From Phoronis australis (taxonomy: Eukaryota > Animalia > Phoronida), in contig NMRA01000116.1 in the NCBI GenBank assembly GCA_002633005.1, positions 720,764 to 784,763 of the forward strand: a stretch of DNA of 64,000 bases, read 5' to 3'. Position 1 is the first letter of the stretch. Each line of letters starts with the position of its first letter. Shown here in pieces: positions 40,601 through 64,000 of this stretch. Made by a program: the position numbers and the translations under genes. A model generated the notes under the pieces. The model saw nothing but the letters and a program-made list of their open reading frames with translations. It did not search any database and was not told the origin of the DNA.

Positions 40601-41728
40601 TTACAAGTAGATCCTGCAGGAGTTTAGCAGATATATCTGTGGACAATTGACACCAGAACATAGACGACTACAATATGTGCCCACACACACCAGTGTGGGA
40701 ACATAAACATCCTTAACAACATGTTAATTGCTTCAAGTCTGAGACAGATGCCACAATCACAAACATCGTTTGACACATACACATACTCTATGTATTGCAT
40801 TGCTGCCTAATTCTAGCTCTGAAAATCACTCTTGATGAACTGAAAGGACATTTACTTCAGCCCCTATATGGGCACGCCTGGCACACGTGGAAAATTGTGG
40901 CAACATGATATTATGCTTTCAGTTCTGCTTCGAAAAAGACCAAGGTATCGAAACAGTTCTATTTCAGATGAAACTTTGTCCACAAAGGGGAACCTCCTCC
41001 TCTGAAATCTGGTCTTTAACTTGTGTATTTTATACAGTCTGTAGGAAGGAAGGATCCACTTCAGAGCAAAGCACTATCAGGGGCACAGACAGTTACAAAA
41101 AAAATTGAACCAAGACTTTGAAACTGAAGTCTTCTTTTGATACATAATTCATAGGCCCAGAACTGAGACTGAACAGAGAATGTCATATTCATCTTGCCAC
41201 TCCTAGCATTAGAAGGAAATTACAACAGACTGCCATCTGACAAATGTTATTGTCTACCTGAATTTTCTAGAACAGTGTCAGTGCACCTGCGTAAACAAAA
41301 TCTATGCCCTTGTCTCACTCACTATTGCTAAGGTTCATACACACGTGCGAATAGTTCTAAATGCAAAATAAGAAACCAGTCGAATGGAACCCAGCCCTGA
41401 AATGCACCATCACACTTATTGCTTCATGTCACCACCCAGCCTAAAAAATTGGGGGGCTCGAATTTTTGAGAATGTGGACCTCTTACTAAGATTCACAGGG
41501 TACATTCAAAGCTAAGAATTGATGGTGCATTCGCTGAATTTTTGTAGTTCCTGCCTTTTTAGTGAACTTTTGTCTCACTTTTTACTATTTTCAGAGTTCT
41601 GTTTCCCTGAGGCAGACCTTTTCGCCCACTTCACCTGGGTGCAGGCATGTGCTTAGTCTGATAGTTATAGTGACAGTGAACACAAAGCAATTTCTATAAT
41701 TCCAGCATAAACACAGTCAGGTAGTTGA

Positions 41729-41868
41729 GACCAGTGAATCAGCTGCATCACTTTATCCTTATAGTTGAGTTGTAGACCAGTGAATCAGCTGCATCACTTT
41801 ATCCTTATAGCTGAGTTGTAGACCAGTGAATCAGCTGCATCACTTTATCCTTACAGCTGAGTTGTAGA
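41729..41868. repeat. 3 x 46-bp tandem repeat in the NF2 3' UTR
   Basis: Unit GACCAGTGAATCAGCTGCATCACTTTATCCTTATAGYTGAGTTGTA starting at 41729, 41775 and 41821. Confidence 0.95.
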
Positions 41869-41918
41869 TACTTGAGCACAGTGACGACAGGATTATGGCA
41901 AGTGGTCACATGGTTACA

Positions 41919-55343
<13,425 letters not shown>

Positions 55344-55820
55344 CGTGAGTGTCTGCAGTTCGGATTGCAAAGAAATAGTTCATGTAAAATCAAACAAGCT
55401 GGTTGATAGCACCACATCAGTTATCAGCCGGGAGTTGTCTCGTTACCAGTTATCATCGTAAATAATATTGAAGCCGACTAAACTTTCAGCATTCTCGTCT
55501 TGACTGGGAAATAGCGAGAATTCTTGGGTAATTTAAAATATAAGAGCAGTAGCAACAAACCAATGAAAAATAAAAGTCTAAATTCAAAAAATAAAAAGTA
55601 AAATACATTCAAAATTATATAAATATGCAGAAAACTATATTATTGTATTTTACTAATGTCAAAAATAATTTTTTAATCATTTTTGGTTTGTAAAAATTTC
55701 TTACTTATTTAGTAATTTTTCACGGCAACCATTTCCCTCGGAAACTTGTTCGCGCCAAATTTATAAAGAACCTGCGGAGTCGATAAATTTTGTGTTTTTG
55801 TCTCCGAAGGCGTTTACACG
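55344..55820. promoter_or_regulatory. Candidate bidirectional promoter between NF2 (-) and RPA1 (+), with an E2F-type site TTCGCGCCAAA at 55749-55759
   Basis: The two start codons are at 55343 and 55821 in divergent orientation. The E2F-like motif lies about 60 bp upstream of the RPA1 ATG. Confidence 0.7.
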
Positions 55821-58800
55821 ATGCATTCTTTAACTCGTGGAGCGATTGAGGTTAGTATAACGCTTGAAAAGTGACATAAAATAAATGACTGTTGCTTCAT
55901 TCCGACAATCAAAACACTTTCTTCTGGAGTGATCATGTCTTAACATGCCAGCAGAAACTCATTCATTTCACACTCCAAATTATTCTTATTTGATGCTAAG
56001 CTCTTCCATAAATATACAGCTTTGCATCCATGTGCATAAAAACTATCATAATAAAATTGGATCTACACTAGGTCTTCCTTGAGTTAATTAAATTAGTTAC
56101 CAATGTTGAAAATGCCAAAATATTTCTGTTCTAGTAATGTTATTCGGCACTGGTCGGATATAGCGGTCCCCGATTTAGAGAACCAGGCAATCACTGAATA
56201 ACGGACCCGTTATTTAGTGGATTAAAGTGGTTCTCTAAATCGGGGACCACTGCCATGTTATTCTGCTGTTGTATTACTGCAGGTTCACTAGTTAGGCCTC
56301 TAGAAGTACTCACGAGTTAAAACACAGCTACTCAAGCTTCAGTAAAAACCCAATTCAGGTGCCCGTCCCTGACAGTCTGGCAGGGACTCATCTAGCGGCC
56401 GTCCTGGCTGTCCTTGGACGGCCCTTTTAAAAAAATGACGGCTTTAGACGGCACGGCCCAGACGGAAAAAAGACAGCCTGTTCCAAAACAACCTCGGCGA
56501 AAATGAAGGCTAAACGAAGAATTTTAACATTTATTATTAATAAATTTCCTTGAAACCTACAATTCATTGTTTAAGTTCGCTAAATATTAAGAAATAACTC
56601 GACATTAGAAACTTTTGCCGTCTATTTTTACTATAAGTGTCACAATGACGATTGGCAAATACTGGCAGCCATCTTCGGGGAATTCCTTCCTGTTCTGTGA
56701 CGTCAAGGTGGCTTCATACGGAATCCCCCGCACGACTAGTGTCGAGAAATATTGCATCCAGCACTAACTACCCGTACATGGACACTTAATCTTTGAAATT
56801 GAAGAACTCACACCCGAAGTTCAAAGGATTTGCCGTACCCCTAATGCTAGTTACTGACGCGGAAGTTGAAGCGGCACTCGATATATTCGACGGAGCAGCC
56901 AATTTGAAATAGCCGACGGAGAACGTACACTTCAAAAAAATGATACCCGACAAAATTCTAACACTGACCTGCCGTACAAATGCCATCAATGTCGTTGAAC
57001 ATGCAAACCAGATAAAACTTAGCGCAAACTTCCTTAATTTGTTCGCACAGCTCCGTTGCAACTCGAACGAATGAATGAAAAAATATGAAAAATCCGCACG
57101 GCCGAACGACTTATATTGATGCGCGAGAATGCAGTGCAAACTTTACGAGAAAAAAATGTGGTGTGTAATGTTGGTTACGTATTCAATGAATAACTTAGCA
57201 TGAAAATAANNNNNNNNNNNNNNNNNNNNNNNNNNNNNNNNNNNNNNNNNNNNNNNNNNNNNNNNNNNNNNNNNNNNNNNNNNNNNNNNNNNNNNNNNNN
57301 NNNNNNNNNNNNNNNNNNNNNNNNNNNNNNNNNNNNNNNNNNNNNNNNNNNNNNNNNNNNNNNNNNNNNNNNNNNNNNNNNNNNNNNNNNNNNNNNNNNN
57401 NNNNNNNNNNNNNNNNNNNNNNNNNNNNNNNNNNNNNNNNNNNNNNNNNNNNNNNNNNNNNNNNNNNNNNNNNNNNNNNNNNNNNNNNNNNNNNNNNNNN
57501 NNNNNNNNNNNNNNNNNNNNNNNNNNNNNNNNNNNNNNNNNNNNNNNNNNNNNNNNNNNNNNNNNNNNNNNNNNNNNNNNNNNNNNNNNNNNNNNNNNNN
57601 NNNNNNNNNNNNNNNNNNNNNNNNNNNNNNNNNNNNNNNNNNNNNNNNNNNNNNNNNNNNNNNNNNNNNNNNNNNNNNNNNNNNNNNNNNNNNNNNNNNN
57701 NNNNNNNNNNNNNNNNNNNNNNNNNNNNNNNNNNNNNNNNNNNNNNNNNNNNNNNNNNNNNNNNNNNNNNNNNNNNNNNNNNNNNCTCTTTTGAGAGCTT
57801 CAAGATACATTGAGTCCTGTACTCATGCTGTCTATCATGCAACTCTACATAGATTATCTTACTAAAAAGATTTACAGATCTTGATTTTTGCAGCCTAGTG
57901 ACAATACACACATCCTGAATGGAACAAACCTCCTAATTTTTGTTTAGTTTCCCTATGTGCCGTCCTTTGAACAAGAAAAAGACATCCAAACAGCAGTGTG
58001 CTAAATAAAATGCAAGGAAATGACCTTTTTATGTAACAAATTTTTCCTCACTGGGTGGGGGAATTCCCCCACCCCCATCCCCCCAACTTCCGCCCACCCC
58101 CCACCCCCATCAGCGCTGCGTGCCTTAGATTTGCGCTTTGCACGACTCATAATTCTCACGAATTTGGACCCCCAATTTTCAAATCCTAGATGATTCCCTG
58201 CAGTCTGGTTGCCTGCTGAAAGACTGCCAGCAGCCTCCCGTCAGCAGTATAAATAAAAAACATCCGGGGAACCATAAAACTGACAAATCACAAGACACCA
58301 CGGAAAGATCAAGGACGGATGATGTTGATGATTACAACATTCCCCTCCTTCCTAAAAAATGTGGGGGCCCAACCGGAAATCAACATTATTCGCCAAATAT
58401 GAAAAACATACCATAAATTTAACCATATCCCCCTGTATGCAGAGAATAACGCACATAGGTTAAATATAGAAGTACCAAAAATAATAAAGAATTCAGAATG
58501 CCAGCACATCCCAAACACACGAAGTAAATCATAAAAAGAAAACCTAGCAGGATTCCAACCCACCTCCCAGGGCGAGAGAGAGCAATCACCTAACGGAAAA
58601 AGTTCTTGCTAGAGAGACTCCTCGGACTTGTAGCTGCAAAATGGTATAGGAATGGATGCATGAATTTCTTGTGGAGTTCTCAAAATAAACCCTGCACTAC
58701 CATGATGCATGCATGCCACCCACATAGTCACAAGAATATTACATTTTGATATGCTTCGGGTGGAGGCTGGACAGACATTCCAACCCGAAGGGAACGCCTT

Positions 58801-61800
58801 GGACATAGACCTAAAATGGATAGGTTCACAGAGAAATGTGACTGACACTCTACGTAGGCCTCCTGGCAACTGGGACGGACATTGAAGTACCACACTCAGG
58901 TTAACCACGCACTGGGGATTCGATAATAAGGGAATTACGTTGTAGGGAGAAAATTTTAGGTCAATGAAATGGTGTTTAATGGCACAACCAAAACACTGCC
59001 TAAGCCTAAACTCACCAACTACAAGTATGCAATAAATGAATGAATAAATAAATAAATACCCAAAACCCAAAGGATAAACAACCCAGTTAAACCACTAACC
59101 CCAACACCCCAAGAAACCACTTGGCCAATGTACCACTCCCCTATCCAACCTTCCCCTCCGGACCTACGGAAAATGCCCTGGTCAGACAAAGGTTTTCATG
59201 AATAGTGGTTAACTTAATATACTCTTAGAAAAACCTAACCAGTGCCGACTATGCCAATTGCTGTATTACTGCAGGTTCACTAGCTAGGCCTCTAGAAGTA
59301 CTCACCAGTTAAAACACACCTACTCAAGCTTCAGTAAAACCCAATCCAGGTGCCTGTCCCTGACAGCCTGATTGCCTGCTGAAAGACTGCCAGCTGCCTC
59401 CCGCCAGCAGTATAAACCATAAAACTGACAAATCACAAGACACCTCAGAAAGATCAAGGACGAAAGATGTTGACGATTACAACACTCAATTTCTTGATAC
59501 ACTGCGTAACAGGCCTGTAATTCAATGATTACCTGGTTATCTAAATCAGGGTACTCAGTGCCTACTGATCCTTCTTGGATTAGTTTTCAGTGCCATGAAA
59601 TAGAGCGTTGCCTATTGGCCAATTTCTATCTTTAATTCAATCAACAGTTGCCCAGTTTGTGCCGCACAAGTCCAACTTCTGTCTACTAATTTTGAGCGTG
59701 GCTGATATGTTGACTGCTGAGGCGGCAAACACACTGATTTCATGACGTAAACAAAACAAATGTGAACCAAGGCAAAGGTATTGCAGTGCTTGACTCTACA
59801 GCTGAACATCAAGTCGCAGTTGGTGACCTGGCGAAAATCTGAGGTCGCCAAGACTGAAAATATTGAGCGCGGATCCAGGGTAAAAGGTTCGTTGACTAAA
59901 AAAGGAAAAAAAAGAAAAAAGGCTCCCATTCTCTTGTGCTATTTCAGTTTCCCCTCATAAATGCCTAAATTTAGGCGAACATTCATTCTCTGACTATTCC
60001 GTCGATGAACGAACATACAATGCAGATGACTGCCTGGGCTGGTGGTGCAAATTTCACCGATCTTTCCCAATTTTTGCCGAACAATTTCGACTTCTTTCTG
60101 TTTGCTTCCTGTTGTAATTTAACCGTGGTGCCAAATGAAGGGAATTTCGGGAATATTATTGTTTCACATTGCTACTTGCTTTGATGACTTTAGGATTTTT
60201 CCCAAATCGTCAAATACAACTGGAAATTGCATTGGCAAGCTGCAGGTTGCCAAGTGCCCCATTTTCAGAAAAGGGTCATAGCGTTGCTGTGTGGTTTGTA
60301 TGTTAAGAACCTGGGCCCTCAATCCCTCAAGAAATATTAAAAAATCGTGAAATTCCTCTCAAGTGATAGAAAAATTCCCCTTGAGGTTTGAATCACTTGT
60401 AACTCACAGAGTTGACAGTTTGAAAGAGCACTAAATGTTAGTTTTGGCTACTTGATGCCAGCCTAGGAGGACTTGCAACAGGGTGGGTGGATGCTACTGA
60501 TGGTGATCGGGGGTAGAATTTTCTCGTCACCCCAAATAATTTCCCACTCAGAAGGCACAGGCACCTTTTCCCTTGGATGAAGGAGGGCCCTGGAAACTGA
60601 CACGTTGCTGTTGCCAAGACTCATTATTTCTTATTGGTTTTAGCTTATCATGGGAGAGAAGAACCCAGAGAAGCCTCTGCTTCAGGTGCTGGGACGCAAG
60701 GAGATAGCGAAAAGTGGGTCAGGCACGTCTGATCGCCATAGGCTTTTGCTGTCTGACGGAGTGCACAGTATCTCTAGTATGTATAACTGTCAATGAGCGG
60801 TGCTCTGTTCTTGAATGGAAAGAATGTTGCCTTGTGAGAATTACTGTAACAGTTGCTAATCGGCTTTTTTAAAAAACGGACGATCGCCTCACAAATAAAA
60901 AAGTTCATGTTCAATCAATGTTTCATATATTCATTAGACATCATCAGGATAATTATTTACAAAAGACAGCAAGTGCCAACATACAGCTCGGGTAACATCC
61001 ATAAAGTGAAGTTAGAGATATAGGGAATAATAAGTAGCTAGTCATCACCATAGTTGCAGGGTCACTGAGCTCTGCATGTTATTCAGAGAATCAGAGATTG
61101 TCCGTTTTTTAATCTTATTGTGGCCAAAAACTGATAAAATTAGCTTTTGCATTTCATTTTATTTCAGTTTTATTATAATTACAAGGCGGCTACGGATTTG
61201 CCTTTGCATCAGGGATTTCTTCGAGCTAAAATCCAAACATGATTCAAATCGTGTGTCTGGTTTTTATGCGCCCACATATTTATATGTGGGTGCATATTGT
61301 CGTCATCTCTCTTCGGGCGTCCGCGGCTATATTTCCTAAACCCCTAATAGGATGTTTATGAGATTTAGCGGATGTGTTCCAATGAAGCTACTGACAGATG
61401 ACGACCAGTTTCGGATCTATCCAACGACCAATGTTGTTTGTATCTTCGGAGGTCCTCAACGGATTTTTGTAAAATTTGGCAAATAGGCATCTATTAGCGA
61501 GATGACGTTATCCTCCTGTTTTCGAATGGATTCGAGGTACTTTGCACCACCTAGTGGCCATTTTTACTGTTTTTGAGGCAGTTTTGGTGTCTGCCCCTCT
61601 ATCAAAGAAACCACTTTTGATTGTGACAATTGGCATATATGCTCTTACTGTAAAGAGGGTGACTGACAATGATTATTTGACAGTTTTGACAGCTGTTTTG
61701 TTTGTTTGTTTTTGCACCCATGGTTGTATCTCCTGAAGGCTCTGCAGGATCTTTAATAAATTTAGCTTGTGTATTGGCAATTGACAACGGCGACTTTCAA

Positions 61801-63342
61801 ACAGATGCTGAGAAGCGCAGTATGTCATCATGGTTCATTTTTGTTGAACATTACGTGGAACTGAAATTAGTTGTTTCGCGGTGTGTTACACCATCTTTTG
61901 ACTGAAATTAAACTTTCAGAAAAAATAAGAATTTGTTACGTGAAGGTTAAAAATGATGTACTAGAATTGGTTTGACATTCCTGTAATTATATTTTTTAAA
62001 TCTCTTTTGTAAAACGAGGATACTTTGAAGACTGCATTTGTCAATGCTAATGATCATTCTTGATATGAATTATTTTTGTATATTTTACATTGTTTTTCTG
62101 TTCTTTGATAGCTGCCATGTTGGCAACACAGCTTAACCATCTTGTATTGGAAGGTCAAGTGGAAAAGTTTGCCATAATCCGACTGAACAAGTACATCTGT
62201 AACACCTTACAACCTGACAAGTGAGTCCATCTCTGTACAGCTGTTACTTAGCTATGTTACATGCCTACTGGCTTTGAATCTTACAGTGTTCTCTGATGAG
62301 CACGATAAACATTCTCCAGTTTGGAACAGTGTCTAGAATTCCGCACACAGAAAGTGCGACAAAAAGTGGATTTTTCTGGAAATTGGGACATGGGTATTTT
62401 TGGCATTCACCTTATTTCTTGATTTTCGGACAGTGTGTTTATCTACAGAGTGGGTTATTTTGCTGTCTTTCCGGTGGTTCTTGAATTTGGGGCAGCCAGT
62501 ATTGTCTTTATAATTTGAGTCAAGCTCTGACCTGGCGCAAAATAATTTCTCAGTGTCCTGGTATGGAGAATTTTACCGTAAAATGTTTTCCACTCTTTTT
62601 AAGAAACTGAACGATCAGTTAACAGGTCTAGAAAATAGTCAGATTCTGACACTTGCAACAGTAACTACCTGCAACATGGACTTCACAAGTGAGACGCCAC
62701 AGTGCAAACTGATATGCTGTATTGTTCTCACTCTTCTGAGTATTCATTTCCACTGTAGTTCACATTTTTTATGGACTTTTCAGACGTGTGGTCATCGTGA
62801 CGGACATGGACGTTGTGGCGCGTGGTAACGAAGTCAACTCTGTGATTGGAAACCCCGAGAACTTCTCGAAAGCCCAGTCAGGCTCTGCTAGTACAGGTAA
62901 TCTGAATGATACACCATATTTGAAATCATGTCAACTATAAATGTAATGCTTCCTTCCTGGTAAGAATTCCCACCAAACTTTGCATTGTGTTTTCACATTG
63001 TAAATCTCCTTTTCTTACTCAGTCATTTTTCATTTCATAAAATGTATCTCAGTGAACCGAATGTTTTGACATCTTTGTATAGCGTCTGCCATTTCCAGTC
63101 ATGAATTTAGCGAATATCTTAATTGCAGCCACTGCACAGACATCTCATGTGGCTCCTGCAGGAGCGGCCTCTGGTGGGGAGAGGAAGAACTTCTATGGCA
63201 GCTCTGCACCTCAGAGCAATGTTGTCAACAGGATCCAGAGCAATGGTTCAGCAGCCAAAGTGCAAGGTCAGCTGCCAAAGACTCCGGGGGGATCTACACC
63301 TAAGGTGTTCTCCATTGAACACTTGACTCCTTATCAGAACAG
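55821..63342 (+). CDS. RPA1: Replication protein A 70 kDa subunit, 5' part (continues beyond the window). Exons: 55821-55850, 60644-60776, 62112-62220, 62784-62896, 63129-63342
   Basis: Spliced translation MHSLTRGAIE|LIMGEKNPEKPLLQVLG...RHRLLLSDGVHSIS|TAMLATQLNHLV...RVVIVTDMDVV...VIGNP...TPGGSTPKVFSIEHLTPYQNR matches the RPA70N OB fold, linker and start of DBD-A. GT-AG introns in compatible phases; the exon 5 acceptor is slightly uncertain. Confidence 0.95.
56161..56252. repeat. ~90-bp fold-back (palindromic) mini-MITE
   Basis: GGTCCCCGATTTAGAGAACCA / TGGTTCTCTAAATCGGGGACC arms with an inner CACTGAATAACGG / CCGTTATTTAGTG stem. Confidence 0.8.
56381..58200. mobile_element. hAT-type DNA element with 8-bp TSD, containing the assembly gap
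   Basis: TIRs CAGGGACTCATCTAG / CTAGATGATTCCCTG; TSD CAGTCTGG at 56373-56380 and 58201-58208. The sister LTR shows the empty site near 59363. Confidence 0.9.
57210..57785. other. Assembly gap
   Basis: Run of N. Confidence 1.
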
Positions 63343-64000
63343 GTATAGCAGGACTGCATTGATAATTAAGTCTGTTATATTAATTTTGGGACATTTTTGG
63401 AAGAATTTTTGTTTATAGGAACTTGTGTACCTGGTTCTTACTATGTAGAACTTGTGAAAATGAAGATAAGTGAAACTTAAATATTCAAAACTTCATTAAG
63501 TCGATCAAATGTGTACTCTGGAGCAATCATTGCTGAAATTATTATGCGTCTACATTTTGTGGGAAAATCGCTCATGGAAACTGAAAATTATGTTCTTGAA
63601 AACTCATGGACCATGAATGAGGTCACAGCCAAAGTGGGAACCTCACACTGTGAGCTGTGGACTACAAAAAACGCATTCCAAAATAATATGAGATTTTCAC
63701 AAAGTCTCAAAAATTTTTTTCAATCAATTCAATTGAAAGTGGGTGCAATAGATAGCCTTTTTAGTTGTGATGTCATTTCAAAATTTACTTTGGCAAAATG
63801 AGCTTTTAATTAGCTGTAATTAACGTTTGAAAACTCACGTTCCATGTGACAAAGGACATTTCTCACATGGAACATTGCATTCTCACATGTGACATTTGAA
63901 TGTTCCATGTGAGATTTTTTGAGTTGTGCCATGTTACAAATAGAAATGGTACATGGCACAAACACTATATTTGTGACATGGGCTTTTCATAGCACAATGA

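Larger units (their letters stand above)
56267..59484 (-). mobile_element. Small non-autonomous LTR retroelement (TRIM-like) in RPA1 intron 1: 5' LTR 59259-59484, PBS 59243-59256, PPT 58340-58353, 3' LTR 56267-58339 (interrupted by a hAT element)
   Basis: Direct repeats of about 230-250 bp with TG(T/C)TGTA...TACAACA ends. On the minus strand TGGCATAGTCGGCA lies 2 nt after the LTR (complementary to a tRNA-Ser 3' end) and AGGAAGGAGGGGAA abuts the other LTR. No clean TSD. Confidence 0.85.

Noticed and set aside
41729-41868. CRISPR-like array
   Set aside because: The units are contiguous with no unique spacers, there are no cas genes, and the context is eukaryotic.
57175-57911. Long ORFs of more than 200 aa
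   Set aside because: They run through the N gap.
58609-59070. 153-aa ORF inside the LTR element as gag or pol
   Set aside because: No CCHC, protease, RT or integrase motif is recognisable.

Overview
AT-rich, intron-rich animal genomic DNA, probably a marine invertebrate (species not determinable). It is not prokaryotic, so most short entries in the ORF track are noise. Five host genes can be rebuilt from splice sites and motifs: an alpha-1,3-fucosyltransferase catalytic exon (+, 17.1-18.1 kb), a divergent ceramide-kinase-like gene with 10 exons largely missed by the ORF track (+, 24.1-32.2 kb), a myristoylated GAPR-1/GLIPR2-like CAP gene (-, 33.1-35.0 kb), a complete 592-aa merlin/NF2 gene (-, 41.9-55.3 kb) and the 5' part of RPA1 (+, from 55.8 kb), head-to-head with NF2. 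The rest is rich in mobile elements. These include a 4.15-kb CAC-ended DNA element with a 5-bp TSD (Transib-type ends) carrying decayed zinc-finger exons, a nested LINE and a hairpin; a TTAA-targeting Kolobok-type insertion in NF2 whose empty-site allele was also assembled, which makes two NF2 exons look duplicated; and a small LTR retroelement with a tRNA-Ser PBS interrupted by a hAT element. MITEs, SINEs and a THAP remnant are also present. All coordinates and translations were read by eye; no database search was run.
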